DNA of 48,868 bases from an uncultured Pseudomonadales bacterium (GCA_964588685.1 CAZPQG010000001.1:76869-125736), one strand, 5' to 3'. Positions 38,572-48,323 are shown, counted from the first letter of the stretch. The notes: generated from the letters alone by a model not told the origin. Numbers and translations: made by a program.

Positions 38572-40161
38572 TTAATTTTCTTCAAGCTCTCCGGCTAACC
38601 ACCAACTCCATGAGCCAATCAGTATAAAGAAAATTCCTAAAAAAGCTACCAACGTGGTTTTCCCCACTGAACCGGCTTTATATGCGCTTTCAGTCGCAAT
38701 ATCATTCTCTCGCACGGCTTTAGTTGCCTCAGTAGCATCAGTACTAGTGGTAGTAGTCTCCACAGGCTCAACAGCAACAGTTGGCTCCAGAGTAGGCGTC
38801 GTTATCGGGTATGGGCTGCCTGTCCCATAAGGCAGAGTTTCATCAGAACTTTCAGTATCAGCAGCAGCTAAAGTAGCTCTATCCGAATCTTCAACAAAGA
38901 AAAATTCTGTTTTAACTACCTCCTGATTTGTGTCCGGATCGATATATGAATAGGTAATAGTATGTTCTCCCGGTTCTAAACTAGCTTCTAGAGCTTCAAG
39001 ATCTAAACTGAATTCTCCATTTTCATCAGTGATCACTATTTCCTCATATTGGTTTTCAGAATTTATTTGAATTTTAACTTCACTGTTAGGAGCTAACTTA
39101 CCTTTAATTATGGGCGATTGAGTGGTGTAAACCTTTTCGTCATCATCAGTTGATTTAAGCTCGCCTATTAGAACTTCAGAACTAGCTGTACTAGTTTGAG
39201 GCAACGGCTCTTCTTCGTCCAACAGCTCTTTAAGATTGTCGCTGATGTTGTCATCCATCTCTGCTAATTCATCACTGTCATCAGCGAGTTCAGGCCCAGG
39301 TTCTTCCTGAAGAGGTGGAGATTCAGGTTTTACCGGTGCTTCATCATCTATTGGCCTGTCTCTATCAATCTCAGGCCTCTCCGCTGACTCCATTTGCTCT
39401 GTAGTCATAGCTTGACCAAAAATTAACTCAGTCGGCTGAGCTTCACTTACAGTTAAACGCTGCTGAATCTTTTTATCTAGTGATAAGCCCTGTACTAAAA
39501 CATCAATATTGTCGTCTTCATCTAAAGTCGCATAATCATTGCCGGCTTTATTTAATGCTTGAGACAGAGGAATAGCCCAACTCCCCGATCCTTTTACTAG
39601 AGAAGACAAATCTTGTAAATCAGGTGCCGTAACATACACAATTGAACCCTGGGCTGGAGTGCCATTTTCTAAAGCAACACTACCAAAAATTGTCACTGTT
39701 TCAGGTGAGGGGGTAGAAATTTTAGGCGTTGTTCTTACATGAAAGGGTTGGCCTTCTTGATCAAACTCAGCTCTGCTGCCGGTACCCAAAACAAAATAGT
39801 AATCCGCATCAGGCTCTAAGCCTCTAAGTGTAATATGATGCAAATTAAAATCCTCAACTGAACCTGATAATTGATCTCTGTCGTCTCTCACTTGTGTATT
39901 AAAATTATCCGGTTCTGTGCCGTACTTTATAAAACCAGGTGCAGCTTCCTCTGTATAAAAACTAACAGTAAAACTATCGTCTTTAATATTAGTTATGCGA
40001 ATGTTTTTAGGAGTAGTCTCGGGAGTAGCTCTAGGGGCGAACACACCGGTTCCTTCACCAAAAAAAACTACCCCGGCAATTAAAGCAGCCACTAAAACCA
40101 ACAAACCTAAAATAGTAGGAATTTGTTTTCGTGAAAGAGCTTTCGGTTTATTGTTTTTCAT
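38572..40161 (-). CDS. Surface protein with N- and C-terminal TM helices, an FN3-like domain, an acidic linker and an Ig-like domain
   Basis: PKNIRITNIKDDSFTVSFYTEE...GLEPDADYYF is FN3-like. A D/E/P-rich linker follows, then a beta-sandwich-like segment (KGKLAPNSEVKIQINS...GEHTITYSY). Hydrophobic helices sit at both termini. Confidence 0.5.
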   Translation of the reverse strand: MKNNKPKALSRKQIPTILGLLVLVAALIAGVVFFGEGTGVFAPRATPETTPKNIRITNIKDDSFTVSFYTEEAAPGFIKYGTEPDNFNTQVRDDRDQLSGSVEDFNLHHITLRGLEPDADYYFVLGTGSRAEFDQEGQPFHVRTTPKISTPSPETVTIFGSVALENGTPAQGSIVYVTAPDLQDLSSLVKGSGSWAIPLSQALNKAGNDYATLDEDDNIDVLVQGLSLDKKIQQRLTVSEAQPTELIFGQAMTTEQMESAERPEIDRDRPIDDEAPVKPESPPLQEEPGPELADDSDELAEMDDNISDNLKELLDEEEPLPQTSTASSEVLIGELKSTDDDEKVYTTQSPIIKGKLAPNSEVKIQINSENQYEEIVITDENGEFSLDLEALEASLEPGEHTITYSYIDPDTNQEVVKTEFFFVEDSDRATLAAADTESSDETLPYGTGSPYPITTPTLEPTVAVEPVETTTTSTDATEATKAVRENDIATESAYKAGSVGKTTLVAFLGIFFILIGSWSWWLAGELEEN

Positions 40162-40342
40162 TTTTTATTTCAAGTATGACTATTCATTGTTCACTACTTT
40201 ATTTCCGACTTTTTTATCGTTTTAACAGCAGGCATTTATAAAATTTATCAGCTTATAATTATTTTTGTATAATATATAAATATACTTTAAGGGAAAGCCG
40301 GGTGGAATTACAAGGCGAATAAAAACTGAAACTTTGCATATT

Positions 40343-40768
40343 TTACTCTAGTAAATTCTCTAATGAATATTCTTCAACAGTTTCTTCTTCGCTAGTTTCT
40401 GACTCAGTGTTCTCAGTTTCTTGTTCTAACAACTCATCCTCTGCCACTCTTGATTCATTCACTATGTCAATAATTTTGCCCGCATCTTCACCCCTATCGC
40501 TTAACAAGGCGTAAATAGAAAAATTCTCTAATTCTTCCTCAGTAAAATAATCTTTATCTTGCAGCTCTACTAAAAGTTCCTGATCTAAATTGGGCACTAA
40601 AGGCTGCGCCAGCTGTATCAATTCAGTTTCAACAACATGTTGTGTTTGTGATGCAAAAATACTCAATAAAATCCAGCACAAAAGTACTACAAAGAATAAA
40701 ATTAAAGCAATAAATAATTTTTTTTGCCTTTTAATTTTAGTTAATTGTTCTTCAAATTGATTGAGCAT
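40343..40768 (-). CDS. Small N-terminally anchored acidic protein, overlapping the end of the pilO-like gene
   Basis: 141 aa with one TM helix and an acidic tail. A 17-nt overlap with the upstream gene suggests translational coupling. Confidence 0.4.
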   Translation of the reverse strand: MLNQFEEQLTKIKRQKKLFIALILFFVVLLCWILLSIFASQTQHVVETELIQLAQPLVPNLDQELLVELQDKDYFTEEELENFSIYALLSDRGEDAGKIIDIVNESRVAEDELLEQETENTESETSEEETVEEYSLENLLE

Positions 40769-41384
40769 CTTTATCTCCGAAATACGGCATTCTAATTGTT
40801 ATACTGGCTCTTAAAGTTTCTCTAGTATCTCTATCTCTAATATCAAAATTAATTTCTTCTACAACAAAAACTCGCCGGTATTGATGTAAAATTTCTATAA
40901 AATTTTTAATAGCGGGATAGTCGCCCATTACTTGCAATGTTAAATAAACATCAAGTCGTGTTAATTGACCAGCATCTAAAATTTGCGGCCTCTTTTCTTC
41001 CGGAATAACAGATGCTCTCAAACTACTAATGATTATTTTTTCGTCAGCACCAATCTTTTCAATAGTTTTTAATGATCTAATTATCTCAGGTTGAGAAGGA
41101 GTAGCCTCATCTAAATAAACAATCTTGCTCTTAACCAGATTATATTCTTCTTGAGCTGTGGACAAAGCTGCTATTTTTCTTTCCAGCTGCTGCTCCAGTT
41201 CCTGCTTGTCGTTAATTTCCTTGATTAAGTCTGTAATAGCAACCATTGTTGGCCTGATGACAAAAATTCCAAAGAAGATAATCGTGAACAATGACAAAAA
41301 AAGTTCCAGAGAAACTTTTGCCACCGGATTCTGGTAAAACTTATTCAAGCTTGCTAGTAGTTTTTTTTGTTTTGGCGTGGGCAT
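40752..41384 (-). CDS. Type IV pilus assembly protein PilO-like
   Basis: Layout is a short cytoplasmic N-terminus, a TM helix, a coiled coil, then a ferredoxin-like core (LTLQVMGDYPAIKNFIEILHQYRRVFVVEEINF). It lies next to the pilN-like gene. Confidence 0.5.
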   Translation of the reverse strand: MPTPKQKKLLASLNKFYQNPVAKVSLELFLSLFTIIFFGIFVIRPTMVAITDLIKEINDKQELEQQLERKIAALSTAQEEYNLVKSKIVYLDEATPSQPEIIRSLKTIEKIGADEKIIISSLRASVIPEEKRPQILDAGQLTRLDVYLTLQVMGDYPAIKNFIEILHQYRRVFVVEEINFDIRDRDTRETLRASITIRMPYFGDKDAQSI

Positions 41385-41483
41385 CTTTTGCTGATAAGTA
41401 ATAACAGTCTTTATTATCTTATTTAATATTTATAAAAATTTATAAAATGATCTATTTTTAAATTTAAAATAATTAGCCAACAA

Positions 41484-42029
41484 TTATATTTCAAAATTTA
41501 CATTGAAATTAACTGCAAAACCGTCCATATATTCATCAGTTGTTTCAATTCTGCTAACAACAATATCTCGAAAGTTCGGAGATAGCTGTAAATTATTAAT
41601 AAATAAATTCAAACCATTGTTAGACAAGGCAATGCCCTGACCGCTCATTGTACCGGCTTGAATTTTAAGTGTTCTTAAACGAAAATCATTCGGCAGTGTT
41701 TCTTGTAAAAGAGGAAAGATTTCTACCAATTCGCTTTGCTGCTCGATCTCTTGATAGCTTTTTATTTTTGCCTGCGCCAAACGAAATTCATTTTCAAATT
41801 CAGCCTGCGACTCAATAATTAATTTTTTTTGGTGGATTGATTTATTTAAATCAGTGATCATCCGATCCAAAACAAATCTGGAAGAAAAACTAATCAGGAC
41901 AATAATTTGGGTAAAAATTAAAATATATCTACCAACATTAATACTCCAAGACAAAGTTCGACCCAATTTAGTTTTAAAAAAAGGATCTTGTGGGAGAAGA
42001 TTAATTTTATATTCTATAGCCTTAGACAT
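41484..42029 (-). CDS. Type IV pilus assembly protein PilN-like
   Basis: An N-terminal INLLPQD motif (the PilM-binding INLLP signature) is followed by a TM helix, a coiled coil and a small alpha/beta domain. Confidence 0.55.
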   Translation of the reverse strand: MSKAIEYKINLLPQDPFFKTKLGRTLSWSINVGRYILIFTQIIVLISFSSRFVLDRMITDLNKSIHQKKLIIESQAEFENEFRLAQAKIKSYQEIEQQSELVEIFPLLQETLPNDFRLRTLKIQAGTMSGQGIALSNNGLNLFINNLQLSPNFRDIVVSRIETTDEYMDGFAVNFNVNFEI

Positions 42030-42158
42030 ATGGGCAGATAAGTATGCAGTTTAATTCACTATAACTATTATTTTCGTTGTTAATTAGTTATTTTGCACAG
42101 TATAACTATGTGTAGTATACCGAATCTGATATTTACTATCCAGTAGATGTAAAATATA

Positions 42159-43856
42159 TTATATATCCTCTCCATCTGTACCGCTGTCTATCCACATTTC
42201 ACCGCTTTTGGCTAATAATTTTTGACCTTTGCCAAATCTTCCCAGTAGAGAAGTAAATATTTTAAGTTCTTTTACATCCAGCAGAATAGAGAAGTAAATA
42301 TAAACCAGCAAACCAATGGTGCTGGTAGTAACAGTCAAAGCAATAAGTTCAATAGTTTTGCTGGTATCAAAAATTAATTCATCAAAAATCCTAAAAGGTA
42401 AATACAAAAATACTGCCATTAAGAAGGAACAGCAAATAATTTTTAATTGAACAATAATGAAATCTCTATTCAAAAACATGTGCCGTACTTTTTTTTCCAA
42501 CATTAAAAAAAACAAAATTGTTTCAACCATGGCAGCGGCAGTAGTAGCCCAGGCAATACCTATAATTGATATTTCTAGAACAAAAACTAATAGCCAAGAT
42601 AAAAATAAATAAACAATAGTTGAAAAACTAGTAATATAAAATGGCGTAGCTGTATCTTCAAGGGCATAAAAAGCTCTAATTAACAACTGCCCCATTGCCT
42701 GCAGTGCAATTGAAATAGCAATAATGGCTAAAACTCGACTAGTCATCACAGTAGTACGCCAAGGAAAATTTTGAGCACCAAATACTAATCTTACTATCGG
42801 AATTCTTAAAATTAGTAACAAAACACCAGCCGGCATAGCTAAAAAAGAAATTTGATTAATGGATTGAATGACTAAAGTACGAAATTTTTCTATTTTTGTA
42901 CCACTAGTTTGCTCTGATAAAAAAGGTAGGGAAGCTTGACTGATTGGTACTCCAAGCAGCCGAATAGGAATTGCCATCAATTTTAAAGCTAAACGAATGA
43001 TAACAAAGCTTAAATTACCAATACTAGTTGCAAAAAAACCTAAAGCTAAGTTTTTTAACTCGCTAATACCAATTGTTAAAACTCGAGGCGGCATTAAAGA
43101 AAACATTTCTTTAATGCCGCTATGTCTAAAGTTAAAACTAAATTGAAACTTAAAACCTAAACGGAAAACGTATGGCAGCTGCACTATCATATGCAAAAGT
43201 GCGCCCAAAATTACTCCTAAACCAGCGGCATAAATGCCAAACTGATTTTTTAAAAAGAAAACTCCTAAAATAATTCCCAAATTATAAAGAATTGGAGCAA
43301 TAGCAGGAACAATAAAGCGCTGATACGACTGCAATATACCGGTTAAAAAATTAGAAATAGCGAAAAAAAATTGAGCCAGCAGCATAACCCGTGTTAAATT
43401 GGCAGCTATTCTAATCTGATCAGCAGTAAAAGCGCCTCCTGTTCTGGCAGCAGTAATTTGCTCTGCAAAAATAAAAACAATGGTAGAAACTACAGCAAAA
43501 ATTAACAATAAAATATTGATAACATTGGCACTGATTTTAAAAGCTTCTTCTTCATTCTTAGCCCTATATTTAGTAAAAATAGGAATAAAAGCAGCTGACA
43601 AGGCTCCGATAATAATCAGCTGAAACAGCATATCAGGCACCTGAAAAGCTAGCTGCAAGGCTTCGTACGCTCTTTGGCTAGCTTCAGTATTAAAATAAGA
43701 AGAAATCAAAAATCTTTCTCTAATTAAACCTGATAGAGATGACAAAATATTAGCAGCCGTAATAATTAAAGCAGCTGATAAGATAGAATCCTGCTTTTTT
43801 TCCAGCCATTGAGTGTTGCGTAAAAAAATTTTAGCAATTTTGTGAAACTGAATCAT
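42159..43856 (-). CDS. murJ: Lipid II flippase MurJ (MviN)
   Basis: 565 aa and about 14 TM helices. The N-terminus ILSAALIITAANILSSLSGLIRERFL is like the MurJ family LSRxLGxxR region. Confidence 0.8.
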   Translation of the reverse strand: MIQFHKIAKIFLRNTQWLEKKQDSILSAALIITAANILSSLSGLIRERFLISSYFNTEASQRAYEALQLAFQVPDMLFQLIIIGALSAAFIPIFTKYRAKNEEEAFKISANVINILLLIFAVVSTIVFIFAEQITAARTGGAFTADQIRIAANLTRVMLLAQFFFAISNFLTGILQSYQRFIVPAIAPILYNLGIILGVFFLKNQFGIYAAGLGVILGALLHMIVQLPYVFRLGFKFQFSFNFRHSGIKEMFSLMPPRVLTIGISELKNLALGFFATSIGNLSFVIIRLALKLMAIPIRLLGVPISQASLPFLSEQTSGTKIEKFRTLVIQSINQISFLAMPAGVLLLILRIPIVRLVFGAQNFPWRTTVMTSRVLAIIAISIALQAMGQLLIRAFYALEDTATPFYITSFSTIVYLFLSWLLVFVLEISIIGIAWATTAAAMVETILFFLMLEKKVRHMFLNRDFIIVQLKIICCSFLMAVFLYLPFRIFDELIFDTSKTIELIALTVTTSTIGLLVYIYFSILLDVKELKIFTSLLGRFGKGQKLLAKSGEMWIDSGTDGEDI

Positions 43857-43945
43857 GAATTTGTCATAATAACTGTTGGTAATTAAAAATAAATGCCAAT
43901 TATTAATAATAAGTATAAGGCATGACTATCAAAAAAGCTAAAGCT

Positions 43946-44312
43946 TTAATTATATTGCGCAAAGCGCAATTTCATTTTTCCATCATCAAGTAATAAGTAC
44001 TGTCCTAAGCCGTAATCGATGAAACCTGTATTAATATATTTCTTTTTAAAATCAGCTTCAGCCGCATAAGTATGAGCACAAACTTAAATCTCTTTTTCTC
44101 TTAGCAAACCTTTAATTTTAGATTTAATTTCTTTATTATATCTTTGATAGTGACAATTAATATAGTTCTGCTTAAACATTCGAATCAATAATCCCTCTTG
44201 AGACATTAATAATAACTTGATCAACGGGTTCAATAATTTTTTTTAAAAATAATAGTTTTTTTCTATAAAACTTTTTTTAAAGATGAAGATCGGAAATAAT
44301 CAAAGTTTTCAT
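43946..44312 (-). pseudogene. Eroded metallophosphoesterase (LpxH/YfcE-like) remnant
   Basis: The minus strand starts MKTLIISDLHL then TAA. KKFYRKKLLFLKKIIEPVDQVIIN follows in frame, then a frameshift, a second in-frame TAA, and an ending of VCAHTYAAEADFKKKYINTGFIDYGLGQYLLLDDGKMKLRF. That ending resembles the GHTH...N.G C-terminal block, and the central GNHD region is missing. Confidence 0.6.
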
Positions 44313-44406
44313 AAAAAATTCGCAAACAATTCTAACTGATTCTAAAAAATTTGTAGCTTTAAAAAACTGAGCTTCTATTTTACGGCATTTTAAACTCTAT
44401 CTTTTA

Positions 44407-44435
44407 TTGCCATTTCTAATTTTGCCTGGTATAAT
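44407..44435 (+). promoter_or_regulatory. Strong sigma-70-type promoter with extended -10
   Basis: TTGCCA-N17-TATAAT with TGg immediately upstream of the -10 (TGnTATAAT). It lies about 220 nt upstream of rpsT. Confidence 0.6.
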
Positions 44436-44656
44436 TCTTTATTCAAGAGTTAGAATTAAATTAAATTAAATTAATTTAGCTAACGGCTAGTTATAAGCTT
44501 AATTATTATCAGACTGATTTTAAGCAATTACGCTGATTTAGCACACTGCTTTAAAATCCCACCATCGTATAAAAACAAGTAAAATTGCCGGCAAACTAAT
44601 CTAAATTATTAATGACAACATTTATAATTTAATTAACTATAAACTACAAGTCAATT

Positions 44657-44917
44657 ATGCCTAATTTACCAAGTGCCAAAAAAGCTTTACGCTCTAGTAA
44701 ACGAAAAGCCAAGGCTAATCAACGAATAAAATCACGTGTTAAAACTGCTTTTAAAAAACTCCAAGCTGAGAGTACAGATGAAAATCTGCGGCTAGCACAA
44801 TCTGCTGTTGATAAAGCAGTGAAAAAAAATATTTTTCACAAAAATAAAGCCGCTCGATTAAAAAGCAGGATGGCCAAGATAGTGCAGCAAGCTAACTCTG
44901 AAAATAGCTCGCAATAA
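44657..44917 (+). CDS. rpsT: 30S ribosomal protein S20
   Basis: 86 aa. MPNLPSAKKALRSSKRKAKANQRIKSRVKT is the S20 N-terminal signature. Confidence 0.9.
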   Translation: MPNLPSAKKALRSSKRKAKANQRIKSRVKTAFKKLQAESTDENLRLAQSAVDKAVKKNIFHKNKAARLKSRMAKIVQQANSENSSQ

Positions 44918-45094
44918 AAATCCGAAAAATAATTTCGTCATTTAGTTAGTTCACAATCAACTGTGGTCTACAATAAAACAATTGTAGTCTAATTTTTTTC
45001 ATTAAATTTATCCTAAGAATAAAAGTCATTTTTAAGATTTTTAAACTTTAAATTTATGGCTCCATTTTAATTTGGCTCTGGGTATAATTTTGTT

Positions 45095-46888
45095 ATGAAA
45101 ACAATCCAACATAATTCTTCACTAATAAGAAATTTTTCTATTATCGCTCATATTGATCATGGAAAAACTACCTTAACTGACCAATTCTTAAAACTTACTG
45201 AAACAGTCTCTACTGAAGATTTAAAAGAAAGAATGATGGATTCCAACCCTATAGAGCAAGAAAAAGGAATCACTATTAAACTGGCTCCAGTTCGTTTAAA
45301 GCATCAAGGCCATGTCTTAAACTTGATTGATACTCCGGGTCATGTGGATTTTAGTTATGAAGTTAGCCGTTCACTCCAAGCCTGTGAGGGAGCTGTCTTG
45401 CTGGTTGATGCTACTCAAGGAGTGCAAGCTCAAACTTTGGCAAATTTTGAAAAAGCAAAGGCTCAAAATCTTAAAATTATCCCTGTAATTAATAAGGTTG
45501 ATCTACCTACTGCTGAAATAGAGTCAACCTTGATTGAAATGATGGATATTTTTGAAATTAAAGAAGATGATGTTGTTTTATGTTCTGCAAAAACAGGCGA
45601 AGGAGTGGAAAAAGTTTTAGATAAAATTATTCAAAATGTTCCCGCACCTCAAGGTTCAGATCAAAAGATATTACAGGCTCTCATCATTACTTCTCAATAT
45701 AATAATCATCAAGGAGTAGTCGCTTACACTAGAGTCTTTAACGGTGCTTTAAAAAGAAATGATGATTTAAGCTTATTATTTGGCCAAACTAATTTCCAAC
45801 CTTCAGAGATTGGCATCTTTACACCAAATAAAACTCCTGTTAACGAGCTTAAAAGCGGCGAAGTAGGCTATATTGCTACCGGGTTGAAAAATATAGAATT
45901 AGTTAAAATTGGAGACACTATCACGCATAAAAAAAATAACAAACAGGCAGAACCTTTGCCAGGATTTAAAGAACCCACGCCCATGATGTTTATGGAGCTT
46001 TATCCGGTAGACAACAATTATTTTCAAGAGCTTAAATCTGCTGTTGACAAACTTAAACTGCATGATGCAGCTTTAACTTACAGACCCACTCATTCACAAG
46101 CACTAGGCAATGGCTTAAGAGTTGGTTTTTTAGGAATTTTTCATGCTGAAATAGTTAGAGAAAGATTAAAAAGAGAGTTTAATCAAAATTTAATTGCTAC
46201 CGCTCCTTCAGTTAGATATTTAGTTAAAACTAAACAAAACCAGGAGTTGACAATTGAAAATCCAAGCGACCTGCCTGACCCCAGCCAAATTAAAGAAATT
46301 TTAGAACCAATAGTGAAAGTTAAAATTTTTGCTCCGGCCGAATATTTGCCTGCAATTGTAGATTTTACTAATCGCAAAAGAGGAAAACTGCTCAATTCTG
46401 CTACCAACGGCACTAGGTCAAGATTAGATTACAAAATGCCTTTAAACGAATTAATTTATAATTTCCATGATAATTTAAAGTCACTTACCTCAGGCTATGC
46501 TTCTTTAGAATATAAAGCTGCAGGCTATAAACCTGTAGACGCTATCAAAGTAGATATTTTAGTTAATAAAGAAGAAGTTGAAGCTTTAAGCTTTATTTCA
46601 CTTAAAAGCGAAGCTGAGGAAAAAGGGCGAAAAATTGTAAAAAAACTCAAAGAAGTTGTACCCAGACAAATGTTTGAGGTGCCGATTCAAGCTGCGATTG
46701 GCGGGAAAATTATTGCCAGAGAAACTTTAAGAGCTTATCGCAAAGATGTCACTGCTAAATTGTATGGGGGCGATGTTACGCGCAGAAAAAAACTTTTAGC
46801 AAATCAGGCTGAAGGCAAAAAAAGGATGAAAAAACACGGAGAAGTAGAGCTAAATCAAGAAGCTTTTTTGGCGGTATTGGAAAATTAA
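45095..46888 (+). CDS. lepA: Elongation factor 4 (LepA)
   Basis: Contains IRNFSIIAHIDHGKTTL, DTPGHVDF and NKVD G-motifs, plus the LepA-specific C-terminal domain. Confidence 0.95.
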   Translation: MKTIQHNSSLIRNFSIIAHIDHGKTTLTDQFLKLTETVSTEDLKERMMDSNPIEQEKGITIKLAPVRLKHQGHVLNLIDTPGHVDFSYEVSRSLQACEGAVLLVDATQGVQAQTLANFEKAKAQNLKIIPVINKVDLPTAEIESTLIEMMDIFEIKEDDVVLCSAKTGEGVEKVLDKIIQNVPAPQGSDQKILQALIITSQYNNHQGVVAYTRVFNGALKRNDDLSLLFGQTNFQPSEIGIFTPNKTPVNELKSGEVGYIATGLKNIELVKIGDTITHKKNNKQAEPLPGFKEPTPMMFMELYPVDNNYFQELKSAVDKLKLHDAALTYRPTHSQALGNGLRVGFLGIFHAEIVRERLKREFNQNLIATAPSVRYLVKTKQNQELTIENPSDLPDPSQIKEILEPIVKVKIFAPAEYLPAIVDFTNRKRGKLLNSATNGTRSRLDYKMPLNELIYNFHDNLKSLTSGYASLEYKAAGYKPVDAIKVDILVNKEEVEALSFISLKSEAEEKGRKIVKKLKEVVPRQMFEVPIQAAIGGKIIARETLRAYRKDVTAKLYGGDVTRRKKLLANQAEGKKRMKKHGEVELNQEAFLAVLEN

Positions 46889-47036
46889 AAAACTATTAAA
46901 ATTAGGCTATGGCTAAACCTCAATTTCTTCTGTCTCTATTTCCTAACAACGAAAACCCTCAATAGTAAGTCAAAAATGATATAATAATGAGGCGCTAACA
47001 TTTAGTTGTTAACAGTAAAGCTTAAAGAGGCAAAAC

Positions 47037-47933
47037 ATGTCTGTCACCATCTTCAACCAAGATCAAAAAAATAAAGACGAACAAGATAAAGAAAGTCAGC
47101 AATCTGTTAATCAACAGGCTCCTAAAAAGAGGCTCCTTAAAAAACAAAACAGCGGTCAACCTCTAAAAAAAGACAAAAAAAGAAAAAGGACAACTTTCCA
47201 ACTTTCTCCGGATAATCAAAAAAAACGGAGCGGTACGAAGTCTATTATGAACAGCAACTTTAAAAAAACAACTGATTTAAAACCAAATATAAAATGGGAA
47301 GATACACCGGAAGAAATTAATAAGCAAATTAAAAAAGCCAATAATCTTTCAGAAGCTATTAAAAACGAGCCTTCCACCAGAAAAAAATTGATTGCTTTTG
47401 CTCCTAAACCTATTAAAATTCATTTTGATTCTCAGCTTCCAAATGAAACTATTGTCTTAATGCTTAGGCAGCATCCTGCGACTCAATTAAATAAAATAAT
47501 AATTATTGTTTTGGGTTTATTTTTTCCAATATTGCTTTTTGTCTCCCCATTTTTAGACTTTTTACAACCAAACTATAAAGCCGCTGTCTTAATTGGTTGG
47601 TACTTAATCCTTTCAGGCTTTGCTTTAGAAACCTTTTTAAGCTGGTTTTTCCATGCATTTTTTATCACTGACCGCAGAGTAATCGATATAGATTTTTATT
47701 CAATGGTGCACAAAAATGTTACTTCTGCTAAATTAGAAAGTCTTCAGGATGTTAATTTTATTACAACCGGAGTCTTAGCATCCCTACTGGATTATGGCAC
47801 AGTTAGTTTGCAAACTGCAGGTACGGAAGCAAAAATCGCTTTTGAAAACGTACCACAGCCTGCTAAAGTCGCTAAGATTATCAATGAATTAATTGCCAAA
47901 AAAAAGAGAGCCCTGGCCAAAGGAAAAGCATGA
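47037..47933 (+). CDS. Membrane protein with a K-rich disordered N-terminus and a bacterial PH (YdbS/YdbT-like) domain
   Basis: The pattern ETIVLMLRQHP, then two TM helices, then ITDRRVIDIDF...LQDV resembles bPH_2/DUF304 architecture. Confidence 0.35.
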   Translation: MSVTIFNQDQKNKDEQDKESQQSVNQQAPKKRLLKKQNSGQPLKKDKKRKRTTFQLSPDNQKKRSGTKSIMNSNFKKTTDLKPNIKWEDTPEEINKQIKKANNLSEAIKNEPSTRKKLIAFAPKPIKIHFDSQLPNETIVLMLRQHPATQLNKIIIIVLGLFFPILLFVSPFLDFLQPNYKAAVLIGWYLILSGFALETFLSWFFHAFFITDRRVIDIDFYSMVHKNVTSAKLESLQDVNFITTGVLASLLDYGTVSLQTAGTEAKIAFENVPQPAKVAKIINELIAKKKRALAKGKA

Positions 47934-48065
47934 TTTTTAAAAGTTTAAAAAATGACATTTTGTTAATAAAAACTAATTAAGCGCTGAAGCTAATTTAATA
48001 AACATTAAAATAAAAAAGTCACAATTAAAAAAGCAGCGTAATAATAAAAAATAGTAGTTATTTAA

Positions 48066-48323
48066 TTGCCAATCATGAATACTTTTGAGTTTCTTGCTCT
48101 GCCGGAAGATATTGATTTTCAAAAAATACAGCTTTTTATTGAAAAATTACTGTTTTTAACAGGTTCGCTTTTATATCTAGTCTTTGCAGTGGTAGTAGTT
48201 AGACAAATTAATATTATGGAAAAAACTATTATGACTGACTTTTCTCCTGTCATTACTTTGCTGGGGTTAATGCACTTAGCTTTTACTATCTCTGTATTTA
48301 TAGGTTTTTTAATATTTTTATAA
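48066..48323 (+). CDS. Small two-TM membrane protein (start probably ATG at 48075)
   Basis: Short ORF with two hydrophobic helices and no family recognised. Confidence 0.3.
   Translation: MPIMNTFEFLALPEDIDFQKIQLFIEKLLFLTGSLLYLVFAVVVVRQINIMEKTIMTDFSPVITLLGLMHLAFTISVFIGFLIFL

Noticed and set aside
42188-42196. DnaA-box-like CTATCCACA (and AATCCACA near 33607) as a hint of oriC
   Set aside because: These are single, isolated near-matches inside coding sequence. There is no cluster of boxes, no AT-rich unwinding element context, and no dnaA or dnaN nearby.
43857-44656. 800-nt ORF-free region considered for a CRISPR array, a mobile element or an alternative genetic code
   Set aside because: It has no regularly spaced repeats and no transposase or terminal inverted repeats. 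All other genes read through with the standard code and TAA/TAG/TGA stops. The region is explained by a decayed metallophosphoesterase gene plus the rpsT promoter and leader.
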